The position numbers and the translations under genes are program-made. Of a DNA stretch of 64,000 nucleotides, positions 30,822 through 40,523 are shown one piece after another (position 1 is the stretch's first letter; every line of letters starts with the position of its first letter). A model generated the notes under the pieces. It had not been told where the DNA came from and made no database searches. It saw only the letters and a list, made by a program, of their open reading frames with translations. This DNA comes from an uncultured delta proteobacterium (GTDB lineage: Bacteria > Desulfobacterota > Desulfobacteria > Desulfobacterales > B30-G6). The DNA lies in assembly GCA_963823335.1 (NCBI GenBank), contig CAWGLD010000007.1, positions 320,001-384,000 on the forward strand, written 5' to 3'.

Positions 30822-31805
30822 TCATACACCATAAAGCCAGCACCGCGCCTGCTGGCCATCCTGAACACGTAACAGGACAGGTCTTTTTTGCCTGCAGGGT
30901 TCGAAGACCTCAGGGCATCTGTCTGCAAACCTGCACCCGTATATGGGTTTGTCCAGGGACGGCAGCGAACCCCGTATCTCCTGCAAGCGCGCTCCAGGTC
31001 CATCTGCGGACCGCCCCATACGGGGTATGGATTTCAGCAAACCCTTTGTATATGGATGCGCAGGTCTGTCAAATATGTCGATAACCGTCGCCGTCTCTAC
31101 AACCTGTCCGGCATACATTACCACCACCCGATTGGCCGTCTGGGCCACGATGCCCAGGTCGTGTGTTATGAACAGTACCGACATCTTGAGCTCTGTCTTG
31201 AGATTCTCGATAAGGGTGAGTATTTGGGCCTGCGTACTCACATCCAGCGCAGTGGTGGGTTCGTCCGCAATCAGCAGAGCGGGTCTGCAGATCATGGCCA
31301 TGGCTATCATCACACGCTGCCGCATACCCCCGGAAAGCTGGAAGGGATATTCCCTGATCCGCCTCCCGGCCATGGGTATGTTGACACGTTCCAGCCATGC
31401 CTCTGCCGAAATGTAGGCTTCGGTTTTTGACAGCCCCTGGTGAACCATGAGGGGTTCGGCGATCTGTCTACCCACAGGCAGAATCGGATTGAGAGATGTC
31501 ATAGGCTCCTGAAAAACCATGGAGATCTCATTACCCCGCAACCGACGCAGTGCTTGCGGGCTGATGTTCAGAAGATCTTGCCCTCTGAACAGAATACGCC
31601 CTGAGTCCACGACACCCGTTGACCTATCCACCAAGCCGAGAATACTCAGAGCGGTTACACTTTTGCCACATCCGGATTCGCCCACAAGCCCCAGGGTCTC
31701 TCCTTCTTGCAGGGAGAAGGAGACATGCTCCACCGCACCCTTAACACCTTGCGGTGTATGAAAGGAAACCGACAGATCCTGGATTTCCAGAAGCGTTGCG
31801 GGCAT
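30822..31805 (-). CDS. Dipeptide/oligopeptide ABC transporter ATP-binding subunit (DppD/OppD)
   Basis: GESGCGKS, LSGGMRQR, DEPTTALD, HPYT. Confidence 0.93.
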   Translation of the reverse strand: MPATLLEIQDLSVSFHTPQGVKGAVEHVSFSLQEGETLGLVGESGCGKSVTALSILGLVDRSTGVVDSGRILFRGQDLLNISPQALRRLRGNEISMVFQEPMTSLNPILPVGRQIAEPLMVHQGLSKTEAYISAEAWLERVNIPMAGRRIREYPFQLSGGMRQRVMIAMAMICRPALLIADEPTTALDVSTQAQILTLIENLKTELKMSVLFITHDLGIVAQTANRVVVMYAGQVVETATVIDIFDRPAHPYTKGLLKSIPRMGRSADGPGARLQEIRGSLPSLDKPIYGCRFADRCPEVFEPCRQKRPVLLRVQDGQQARCWLYGV

Positions 31806-31867
31806 GGTGATTATCCTTTTAGCGGTAAGTTTTAGGTTTTAAGTAGCTTACAGCTTAGTGCTTAGTG

Positions 31868-31984
31868 CTCAACTTTCGGGTTTCACCGCAGATAGAGCAA
31901 AATGGGTGATCCAATGGCGATTTGCGCTGTTTGAGCCAATTAGGGGATGATTCATTTCGCGTTTCCTGAATCCCGAAAGTTGAG
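31868..31984. mobile_element. 117-bp MITE-like element with 13-bp perfect TIR
   Basis: CTCAACTTTCGGG ... CCCGAAAGTTGAG. Its interior recurs at 50103-50148. Confidence 0.65.
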
Positions 31985-32800
31985 TTATAGCATATACGGA
32001 TCCAGATTGTCCCGGATACCATCGCCCAGCAGGTTGAAACCGAGCACGGTCCAGGCAATGGCAATACCCGGAAATATGGACATCCAGGGTGATATTTCCA
32101 TGAATGTTTGAGCTTCGTAGAGCATTCTGCCCCACGAGGCATGCGGTGGTTGGGTACCGAGCCCCAGATAACTCAAACCAGCCTCGGCCAAAATAGCGAC
32201 GGCAAATTGAATGGTGGCCTGGACAATCAGAGGGGACATTAAATTGGGCAGTACATGCCGGACGGTGATATCCCAGTCACTGGCACCGCTGGCCCGGGCA
32301 GCATCGATAAATTCCCGCCCCCACAGGGTCAGGGCCACAGCCCTGGTGAGTCTGGCAAAAACAGGAATGTAAAAAATACCGATGGCCACCATGACATTGC
32401 CCACAGAAGGCCCCCATATGGCGGAAATAAGTATGGCTGTCAGAACGGCGGGGAACCCGAAAAGAAGGTCGGAAAAGCGCATAATGGACTCGTCCGCCCA
32501 TTTCCCGAAATAGGCCGCGATCAAACCCAGAACAACACCTGCCATCATACCGATGGCAACAGTGGCCAGTCCCACAAGAATCGAATTGACGGAACCTACC
32601 ATGACACGGGACATAATATCCCGTCCGTACTGATCCGTACCCAGCAGATACTGGAAAGACGGCGCCTCCAGTCGGTGGCCGGGATTCATTGTGTTGGCCT
32701 CGTAAGGCGTCCAGACAAGGCTGATGGCTGCTGTCAAAAGAACCACGGCAGTTAAGACAACACCACATCTGAAGTTAAACTTTTTGAAATGCTTCTTCAT
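31985..32800 (-). CDS. Peptide ABC transporter permease (DppC/OppC)
   Basis: LGTDQYGRD, EFIDAARASGA, LSYLGLG. Confidence 0.93.
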   Translation of the reverse strand: MKKHFKKFNFRCGVVLTAVVLLTAAISLVWTPYEANTMNPGHRLEAPSFQYLLGTDQYGRDIMSRVMVGSVNSILVGLATVAIGMMAGVVLGLIAAYFGKWADESIMRFSDLLFGFPAVLTAILISAIWGPSVGNVMVAIGIFYIPVFARLTRAVALTLWGREFIDAARASGASDWDITVRHVLPNLMSPLIVQATIQFAVAILAEAGLSYLGLGTQPPHASWGRMLYEAQTFMEISPWMSIFPGIAIAWTVLGFNLLGDGIRDNLDPYML

Positions 32801-33744
32801 CTCTCGAGTCTTATTCTGGGGTCGATGAAAGCATATGCCAGATCCACGAGAAAGTGAACGATGACCACCGCCGCTGCCATAAACAGGACAATTTCCCTGA
32901 CGACCGGCAAATCCCTTTGCCCGATGGCCTGGAACACCAGACGCCCAAGCCCGGGCAGGTAAAAAACATTTTCAATGATGATGGCACCGGCCAACAACTG
33001 ACCCATCTGAAGACCCAGAATGGTCAGCACGGGTATAAGGGCATTCCTCAAGGCATGCACATACAGAACGGTTCTTTCCCTAAGCCCCTTTGCCCGTGCA
33101 GTGCGGATATAATCCTCCTGCAGCACATCCAGAACAGATGAACGCGTTACGCGGGTGAGAATGGATGCTCTAACAACCCCCAGGGCGAATGCGGGCAGGA
33201 GCAGGGACTTGAAAGAACCCTGGAAATCCGCCAACCAGCCGGGGAAACCACCTGCCGGAAACACTCCCAGCTTAACGGAAAAAAAGAGTATCAACAAAAT
33301 TCCCAGCCAGAATTCAGGTGTTGCCAGACCCAGCTGTGTAAATGTCATCACCGAAATATCACCGCTTCGATTCTGGTGACGCGCCGCAAATATCCCCAGG
33401 GGCAGAGAAATGGCCACGGCGATCAGCATGGCCATGAGTGCCAGTGGACCCGTGACGGCCAGGCGCGAAATGATCAGATCGAACACCGGTATGTCATAAT
33501 GAATGGAGCGACTGCCAATACCGGAAAGGGTGCGACCGATCCAGTCAACATACTGAACCCGGAAGGGTCGGTCGAGCCCCAGCTCACTTCTCAGATTGGC
33601 CAGGGTTTCCGGCGTGGCATTGATGCCCAGCATAATCTGGGCCGGATCACCAGGCAGGATAAACAGGACCGCGAAAACAATCCATGACACCAGGAACAGA
33701 AGAATACCAAGGGTGAGGATTTTTTTAATGATATATTTAGACAT
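32797..33744 (-). CDS. Peptide ABC transporter permease (DppB/OppB)
   Basis: PGDPA, DYIRTARAKGL, HALRNA, DPRIR. Confidence 0.93.
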   Translation of the reverse strand: MSKYIIKKILTLGILLFLVSWIVFAVLFILPGDPAQIMLGINATPETLANLRSELGLDRPFRVQYVDWIGRTLSGIGSRSIHYDIPVFDLIISRLAVTGPLALMAMLIAVAISLPLGIFAARHQNRSGDISVMTFTQLGLATPEFWLGILLILFFSVKLGVFPAGGFPGWLADFQGSFKSLLLPAFALGVVRASILTRVTRSSVLDVLQEDYIRTARAKGLRERTVLYVHALRNALIPVLTILGLQMGQLLAGAIIIENVFYLPGLGRLVFQAIGQRDLPVVREIVLFMAAAVVIVHFLVDLAYAFIDPRIRLER

Positions 33745-33942
33745 ATCGAATTGATGAAACTTTAAATTCGAAAACCGAAATCCGTATGAAATATCCCGAC
33801 GGGGATAAACAAATTCTAATATGGAATGCTCAAATGACCAAAACTTGACTCAAGAATTATGATCTGAATGACTTGTTTAAAGCATTCGTGTTTAGGTCAT
33901 TATAGATTGTTTAGGATTTGGAATTTCGTGCTTCGTATTTAC

Positions 33943-34259
33943 GGATCTTCTCCCAATAAGTTGGGAGAAAGGGTTCAAGGAGTCCAGGATTCAAGGATTC
34001 AAGTGTTTGTTTTCCAGGGATGTGATCATGGCTTTTAGCATTCTCTCTTCATCCCCAAGCGCCTCTCTTAATTCCTGAAGCTTTTCCTTGTTCATATAAT
34101 CCAAATCACCGGATATCATCGTCTGCGTTTCCAATTCACAACCTTTAACTCTTTATAATTTTTAAGTATTCAGCTGGTGCCTCACGTCATCTCACTCGAA
34201 CCCTGGACCCCTAGAATCCTTGAATCCTTAATTTGGATCAACTCTTTGGGAGATGATCC
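33943..34259 (-). mobile_element. 317-bp MITE with ~21-bp TIRs, perfect 8-bp TSD and truncated four-helix-bundle gene
   Basis: TSD GTATTTAC at 33935-33942 and 34260-34267. Minus strand encodes (I)LKNYKELKV, then CELETQTMISGDLDY...ERMLKAMITSLENKHLNP*. Confidence 0.85.
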
Positions 34260-34263
34260 GTAT

Positions 34264-35760
34264 TTACTTCTTCAGCCACACCCGGGTACAATCCAGGGCC
34301 ACGGTGGGATAGTTCTCCCACCAGCCCATGACGTTGCTTTTCATGGTCGGCAACCCCGAGGCCGAAAACAGATAGCCGTTGACGGCATCATCGGCGATAA
34401 TCTCCTGGCACCGGCCGAACCATTTGGCTTTCTCTGTTTCATTAGGAGCTTTCAGGGCCATTGCATAGGCATCCCTGAACGCCTGAGAGTCATACTGAAA
34501 GTAATAATCCGGATTGGCATAGATGCCGATATCCCAGGCTTCCACATGACCGATCATGGTCAGCTGGTATTCTCTTTTCTTGAAAATCCGCTCAATCCAC
34601 TGACCCCATTCCACAATTTCGATCTTCAAACGGATACCGACCTTCCCGAGCATGTCCGCAATGACTTCCCCCGCTCTTTTGGAGTAGCTGTAGATGGCCG
34701 GCAGTTTGATGGTGGCATCAAAACCATCCGGGAAACCTGCTGCGGCCAGCAATTCTCTGGCTTTTTCCGGGTTATAGGAAAACTTTTCCGTTAAATCGAC
34801 ATAATAGGGTGTCGACGGGGACCAGTGCGAACCAATAGGTGTGCCATAGCCGAACATCACCAGATCGACAACCGTCTGCCGGTCGATGGCATATGCCATG
34901 GCTTGTCGCACACGCACATCATCAAACGGTTTGGCTTTATTGTTGGTGGACATGATGACTTCGCCGGTGGTCGAGCCGGCAAAAACCTTGAACCGTGGAT
35001 CCTTTGAAAGTGCCATCACCGACTCCGGAGCCCCGATATAACCGATGACATCGATATCACCGGCTTTAAGCGCCGCTATCTGAGCGCTGTCATCACCGAT
35101 AAATTTGAAGACCACCCTGTCCAGATACGGAAGCGCCGGATCCCAGTAATCGTCAAACCGCTGCATTTCAACGCGATCTCCCCGCAGCCAGGTGACAAAT
35201 CTGAAGGGTCCGGTTCCGATGGGGTTCGACTTGGCCGACGCGTAACCCTTCATGGGGAGCATCACGGCATCTCCTTCAGCCATGTGAGCAATGAAAAGGG
35301 CATCCACTTCCTTGAGTACGATACGAAGGGTATGGGTACCCATGATATCAATCTTCTGGATGCCCCTGAAATACTCCGGATGCGGATTGACGGTCCCCTC
35401 ACCCATGGCACGTTCGAGATTCCATTTGGCTACCGGGGCATCGAACACTTCACCGTTGTGAAAGCGCACCTCTTTTCGAAGATTGAAATCATAGCTAAGC
35501 CCGTCCGCTGACACCGACCAGTCCGTGGCCAGTCCCGGTACAAACCGGCCGTTACTGTCAACTTTGATGAGCCCTTCAAAAATATTTGCATACACCACCC
35601 TGTCGATGGCGGCGGCTGTGTTGGCTGTCGGATCCAGACCCGGCGGTTCCGCAGGCTGGCAGACAGTCAGGCTGCCGCCCTTTTGGGGATCGGATGCCAG
35701 GGCATGCAACACAGGAAGAACAAAAACCAGCAACAGAACGAGAAATGTAATTTTCTTCAT
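34264..35760 (-). CDS. ABC transporter substrate-binding protein (family 5, DppA/OppA-like)
   Basis: Signal peptide, LDP, FEGL, PGLA..W, PIGTGPF, PFDDVRVRQA. Confidence 0.93.
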   Translation of the reverse strand: MKKITFLVLLLVFVLPVLHALASDPQKGGSLTVCQPAEPPGLDPTANTAAAIDRVVYANIFEGLIKVDSNGRFVPGLATDWSVSADGLSYDFNLRKEVRFHNGEVFDAPVAKWNLERAMGEGTVNPHPEYFRGIQKIDIMGTHTLRIVLKEVDALFIAHMAEGDAVMLPMKGYASAKSNPIGTGPFRFVTWLRGDRVEMQRFDDYWDPALPYLDRVVFKFIGDDSAQIAALKAGDIDVIGYIGAPESVMALSKDPRFKVFAGSTTGEVIMSTNNKAKPFDDVRVRQAMAYAIDRQTVVDLVMFGYGTPIGSHWSPSTPYYVDLTEKFSYNPEKARELLAAAGFPDGFDATIKLPAIYSYSKRAGEVIADMLGKVGIRLKIEIVEWGQWIERIFKKREYQLTMIGHVEAWDIGIYANPDYYFQYDSQAFRDAYAMALKAPNETEKAKWFGRCQEIIADDAVNGYLFSASGLPTMKSNVMGWWENYPTVALDCTRVWLKK

Positions 35761-35870
35761 GGTGTCTCCTCATGGGCTCTGATGTGAACAATCTACAGCG
35801 CGTCAGCAGTCTTTTGACAATGACCGATGGACTATAGGGTATTTTTCGATGATATTCAAGGAGATAAGTC

Positions 35871-36878
35871 TTAAGCTCTATCCAGCAGATCCCTGAATGA
35901 TGGAAAGTCACCCTGGGTTTCAGCGGCAAGAATTCCATGGATAATGGCTCTTGACATGCATTGGGCGGCCGCATGCCCCAAATCGTTAATGGCCTGGGCA
36001 CAATTACCGGGCAGAATTCCCTGAATTTCCGGAAGCTCCTGCCTGCCCGTAGCCAGGCAAAAGATGGTATCCCCGTCAAACATGGTGTGGGATGGCCTGA
36101 CGGCCCTTGCCAAACCGTCGTGAGCCATCTGGGCTATCTTACAGGCCTGGACCTTGGTCATCTTGGCATCGGTTGCGACAATACCGATGGTTGTATTGGC
36201 AATCGGCAAGGACGACGGTTGCTGAGGCAATTGGACCCTTCTTTTCCCCTGGTCACCATACTCATTGTTTATCTCTGTACCCCGCTCCCATATCATTCCC
36301 GTGTGAGGGTTTACCACCGAACCAAAGGAATTGACGGCTGCAACGGCTGCAACGGTAATCCCCGATGCCATCACAAGGCTCGCTGACCCCAATCCGCCCT
36401 TAATGGCACCAGACACTGCCCCGGTGCCTGCGCCCAGGCAGCCATTCGGCAGGGGTCCAGAGTCGGCGGCCGCACACGCGCTGACACCCCAGTCTGCCTG
36501 AATCGGGGGAATAAAATCAGCGCCCCTCCCCAGATCACACAGGACCGCTGCGGGCACAATGGGTACGACATTGTTTTCACCCATGGGAAAGCCAAGCTGT
36601 CTATCCGCCAGCCAGCGCACAACCCCGTCCGCAGCCGCCAGGCCATAGACAGACCCACCGCAAAGCACCACTGCCTGTACGCTCTCTACCAGGTTGATGG
36701 GGTTCAGAAGATCGGTTTCGCGGGTACCGGGAGCAGACCCCCGAACATCAACCCCGGCAACGGCCCCTTGCTTACACAAAATGACCGTCACACCGCTGGC
36801 GGCCGCCTTGTCTGTGTAATTCCCGGCCCTTATTCCGGCTACGTCCGTAATCGAGTTATGCCTTCCCACTATCGCCAT
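35871..36878 (-). CDS. P1/S58 family (DmpA-like) peptidase
   Basis: SITDV.G, DVRGSAPGTRETDLL, GGS.YGL, GAGTGA, NTTIG autoproteolysis site, HTMFDGDTIF. Confidence 0.9.
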   Translation of the reverse strand: MAIVGRHNSITDVAGIRAGNYTDKAAASGVTVILCKQGAVAGVDVRGSAPGTRETDLLNPINLVESVQAVVLCGGSVYGLAAADGVVRWLADRQLGFPMGENNVVPIVPAAVLCDLGRGADFIPPIQADWGVSACAAADSGPLPNGCLGAGTGAVSGAIKGGLGSASLVMASGITVAAVAAVNSFGSVVNPHTGMIWERGTEINNEYGDQGKRRVQLPQQPSSLPIANTTIGIVATDAKMTKVQACKIAQMAHDGLARAVRPSHTMFDGDTIFCLATGRQELPEIQGILPGNCAQAINDLGHAAAQCMSRAIIHGILAAETQGDFPSFRDLLDRA

Positions 36879-37199
36879 CGCAGATTCCTCACACAGCTTT
36901 TTTATTGACAGCAGCCGGACGATCACCTAATTTTTGGTGTAAACGTCTCTGCCTGCCATTTATTTATACTCGAATCTATCGCCGTCCTACCATTTTCTTC
37001 ACTCGATGAAAAGTCCTTTACATTGGGCTCAAGGTTCGAACACCCCGAAGATATTGTCCTGCGTGGCCTCTACAACCATATCAGCTCCCTGCCCTTCACG
37101 GACATGGAATTTTTGTTAATACCTTAACTACTTGTAACATTTAAACATCTCACTCGACACCTTGGGTCCTTGACCCCTCGAACCCTAAATTTCTTAAAA

Positions 37200-37256
37200 A
37201 CACCACATATAGTACTACGTTGTTCTTGACACACTATATATATAGCGCTATACATT
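37200..37256 (+). promoter_or_regulatory. NrdR-box pair around a sigma70 promoter
   Basis: acaCCACATATAGtac (37200-37215), TTGACA (37226-37231), then acaCTATATATATAGcg (imperfect second box). Same layout as at nrdD. Confidence 0.65.
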
Positions 37257-37411
37257 TTTATCGCTTGTAAAGAGGTTTGTCTCCCTGTTCTTTCTCAATC
37301 TAAATCCCACACACTCCCCTGGCAAATATACCCCTGGTTCCAACCTGGGTTTTATTTATAAACAACTATTGACCTTATAAACAGAATGCAGAAAAAAGAC
37401 GGAGGATGTTT

Positions 37412-37762
37412 ATGGCTACTATGACGATCAAAAGACTTCACGAACTATTGGATAACAATGCCGACAAAGATGTGCTGGCATGGGCAGGGGCCTGCCACGA
37501 TTGCAGGACCGAGGCCCAGGTTACGGCGATACCAAAAGAAGACGGCATCCATATCAATGGGGGAAGCGTGTACGAACCCGCCGCCAACAAGTTCATGATC
37601 AAGTGTGATGCCTGTTTTGAAAAAGATCCTGTTCTGAGGGATTATCAGGATTGTGAGGTCTACAGCAGGGTGGTAGGATACCTGCGGCCCGTTGCCCAGT
37701 GGAATGATGCCAAGCAGGCGGAGTTCAAGGACAGGAAACTGTATGATCCAAGTATCTGCTAA
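37412..37762 (+). CDS. Stand-alone NrdD C-terminal glycyl-radical domain protein with Zn-ribbon N-terminus
   Basis: CHDC...CDAC, then CEVYSRVVGYLRPVAQWNDAKQAEF. RBS GGAGGA; start 37412 (or 37406). Confidence 0.85.
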   Translation: MATMTIKRLHELLDNNADKDVLAWAGACHDCRTEAQVTAIPKEDGIHINGGSVYEPAANKFMIKCDACFEKDPVLRDYQDCEVYSRVVGYLRPVAQWNDAKQAEFKDRKLYDPSIC

Positions 37763-38090
37763 CCATTAAAATCACAGATCGATTCTAATGGATGTCTTGA
37801 AAAAGCATGATCCGCCAGAGGTGATATCACTGGCGGATCAGTTGTTTTCGGCATCCTGTGGTTTAGCTTCCGGTGGTTTGCTTGCCACCTGGCAAGCATT
37901 GCGAGCTCAGGTGGATATACCGAGTTTTGGGAGGATATATACCTGAAGTAATATCCAGACACCTACAACGATGAACAATATAATGGCTTCTTTCATGGGG
38001 TTCCTTTCCTGGCGCCGTTCAGCACAGGATCGTTATTAATTTATAAACATCAATATGGGATCAAATTAAGCCCCGAGACAACAATTGTCA

Positions 38091-39572
38091 ATGAAATACA
38101 AAAGAAAACAATTCCCGATACTTTTTAGCGCTCTTTTCGGTACGATTTTTCTGTCTCTTCTCTTCACCCGCATGGGAGTATTTGACAGTCAGCCGGGACG
38201 GACGGAAATCGCCGACATATCGTCATCGGAAATCATTGCAGATCGGGATACCTGGATGAATATCTTCCAGGACAAGAAAAAGATCGGCTTTTCCCATTCA
38301 CACTATGCGCGACTGGACCAGGGATATCGTTTCAACGAAACCCTGTTTATGAGAATCAACACCATGGGGATGGTTCAGGACATCGGTCTCAACACCAGCG
38401 GTCTCCTCAACACGGATTTTTCGCTCAAGTCCTTTGATTTTGAAATTGCCTCCGGGCGTTTCAATTTCTCTGCGGCCGGCAGCATAACCAACAAAACCCT
38501 TGCTTTGAACACCCAAAGCGCCGGTGCAGAACAGACCTACAAGTTGAGCCTGACCGATGATATCTACTTCACTTCCGGTATTGTTCAGGCAGCCAGCGCC
38601 GGCAAGTTGAAACCGGGAGACCAGCTTGCTTTGAAGGTCTTCGACCCCATTGCCATGGGCCAGGAATCGATTCTGCTGCATGTCCTGGAAGAAGAAGCGA
38701 TCACCATCATGGGACAGGTGAAAAAAGCGACCAAGATTTCACTGAAATTCAAAGGTGCCACCCAATTGGCGTGGATGGATGAAAAAGGAGATCTTTTAAG
38801 GGAAAAGGGCATGCTGGGGATTATTCTCGAGAAAACATCCCGTGAAGACGCCATGCACGGCCTCCCCATCCAGTCAAGTCAGGATCTCACAGAAGCCGCA
38901 TCAATTCCATCCAACATCGATATCCACAATCCAGGTGAACTGATGCAAATGCGATTCGAGATAACCGGTTCAGGTGATTTCGCAGAACAGCTTCAGGGTG
39001 GCAGACAGACCTATGATTCCCCGGTTCTCTCGATCCAAAAGGAGTCCCTCGACGACCTTGGGCAACAAGATCCTCCTCTGGTTCCCACGGAAAATATCAC
39101 GGCCTTTCTGGCACCCAGCCCCTTTATTCAGTCAGATCATCCTGCCATACACAGACTGGTATCCGATCTGCTTACCGACAAGACTCCCCCGCTTGAAAAA
39201 GCGCGTAAACTGGTTGACTGGATGCAGGCACATATTCAAAAACGCCCGGTCATTTCTCTCCCCGATGCCCTGTCCACCCTTGAAAACCGCGTGGGGGACT
39301 GCAATGAACATGCGGTGCTCTTTGCAGCCCTGGCAAGAGCTGCCGGAATCCCCACCAGGCTCGAAGCCGGTGTGGTCTTTCTACGAAAACGTTTCTTTTA
39401 TCATGCATGGAACAGTATTTATGTCGGCAGATGGATCACTGTCGATGCGCTGTTTGACCAGATACCGGCCGATGTCACCCACATTCGTCTTGCCAGCGGT
39501 ATGCAGAAAGACCAGCTCGACATATTAGGACTCATCGGAAATTTGAAAATCCAGATCCTGAACGGAATATGA
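38091..39572 (+). CDS. Membrane-anchored transglutaminase-like domain protein
   Basis: N-terminal TM, GDCNEHA..F.ALARAAGIP.R, YHAW, W..VD (Cys-His-Asp triad). Confidence 0.88.
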   Translation: MKYKRKQFPILFSALFGTIFLSLLFTRMGVFDSQPGRTEIADISSSEIIADRDTWMNIFQDKKKIGFSHSHYARLDQGYRFNETLFMRINTMGMVQDIGLNTSGLLNTDFSLKSFDFEIASGRFNFSAAGSITNKTLALNTQSAGAEQTYKLSLTDDIYFTSGIVQAASAGKLKPGDQLALKVFDPIAMGQESILLHVLEEEAITIMGQVKKATKISLKFKGATQLAWMDEKGDLLREKGMLGIILEKTSREDAMHGLPIQSSQDLTEAASIPSNIDIHNPGELMQMRFEITGSGDFAEQLQGGRQTYDSPVLSIQKESLDDLGQQDPPLVPTENITAFLAPSPFIQSDHPAIHRLVSDLLTDKTPPLEKARKLVDWMQAHIQKRPVISLPDALSTLENRVGDCNEHAVLFAALARAAGIPTRLEAGVVFLRKRFFYHAWNSIYVGRWITVDALFDQIPADVTHIRLASGMQKDQLDILGLIGNLKIQILNGI

Positions 39573-39576
39573 TCAA

Positions 39577-40305
39577 ATGATAGAACTTAAACATCTCACC
39601 AAACGCTACGGCGATGTCGTTGCGGTGAACGAGCTGAACATCCATATCCCCCAAGGTGAAATTTTCGGGTTCATCGGTCCAAACGGCGCTGGAAAAACAA
39701 CCACCATCAAAATGATCGGGGGCATACTGGTGCCGACCTTCGGAGACATCCGGATCTGCGATATCGCCATGGCCGAAAATCCGGAAGCGGCAAAACTCAA
39801 GATCGGATTCATTCCCGACCGCCCATACCTTTATGAGAAACTCACCGGTATGGAATTCTTGAAATTCATCGCCGATCTGTATCGGATGGACTCCCGTGAT
39901 TTCCTGAAAAAAGCCCATGAAAAACTGGAACTGTTTACTCTCTCGGACTGGTCGGAAGAGCTCATCGAGTCTTACTCCCACGGTATGAAGCAGCGTTTGA
40001 TCATGGCCTCGGCCCTCCTGCACGAACCAGAGGTCATCATTGTCGATGAGCCCATGGTCGGGCTCGATCCTCTGGGTATCAAACTGGTCAAGGATCTTTT
40101 CAAACATCTGTCCGAAAACGGCACCACTGTTTTTATCTCCACGCACACCCTCCAGGTAGCGGAGGATCTGTGCCATCGTGTTGGCATTATCAATAAAGGC
40201 GCCTTGATCGCAATCGATTCCCCTGAAAAACTGAAACAGGACATGCAAGACGCCGATGCCGACCTGGAGGATGTGTTTTTAAGATTGACCAACCCGGGCA
40301 TGTAA
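39577..40305 (+). CDS. ABC transporter ATP-binding protein
   Basis: GPNGAGKTT, YSHGMKQR, VDEPMVGLD, STH. Confidence 0.93.
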   Translation: MIELKHLTKRYGDVVAVNELNIHIPQGEIFGFIGPNGAGKTTTIKMIGGILVPTFGDIRICDIAMAENPEAAKLKIGFIPDRPYLYEKLTGMEFLKFIADLYRMDSRDFLKKAHEKLELFTLSDWSEELIESYSHGMKQRLIMASALLHEPEVIIVDEPMVGLDPLGIKLVKDLFKHLSENGTTVFISTHTLQVAEDLCHRVGIINKGALIAIDSPEKLKQDMQDADADLEDVFLRLTNPGM

Positions 40306-40452
40306 AGACGCTTCGCTGTCATTTGCTTCGCGTCATTAATAGTCATTTACTTCGTGTCATTTATTGTCGTTATCAGCTATAAGCTACAATTAATAACGCC
40401 CGCAGGGCAAATGTCGTCCGAAGGACAAATGACGCACGCAGTGCTAATGACC
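40306..40452. repeat. Second mini-hairpin/7-mer linker array (both orientations)
   Basis: gtcattt-GCTTCGC-gtcatta... then taataac-GCCCGCAGGGC-aaatgtc-GTCCGAAGGAC-aaatgac-GCACGCAGTGC-taatgac. Confidence 0.7.
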
Positions 40453-40523
40453 CCTGAAGAACAGCTATTTATTTCTTGGTCCCTATTGTCTTCTACGAAT
40501 TGTCAAAAAATGACGAGTTAATT

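Noticed and set aside
36927-37130. Possible gene fragment (…GADMVVEATQDN…) on the minus strand
   Set aside because: Too short and stop-interrupted to assign.
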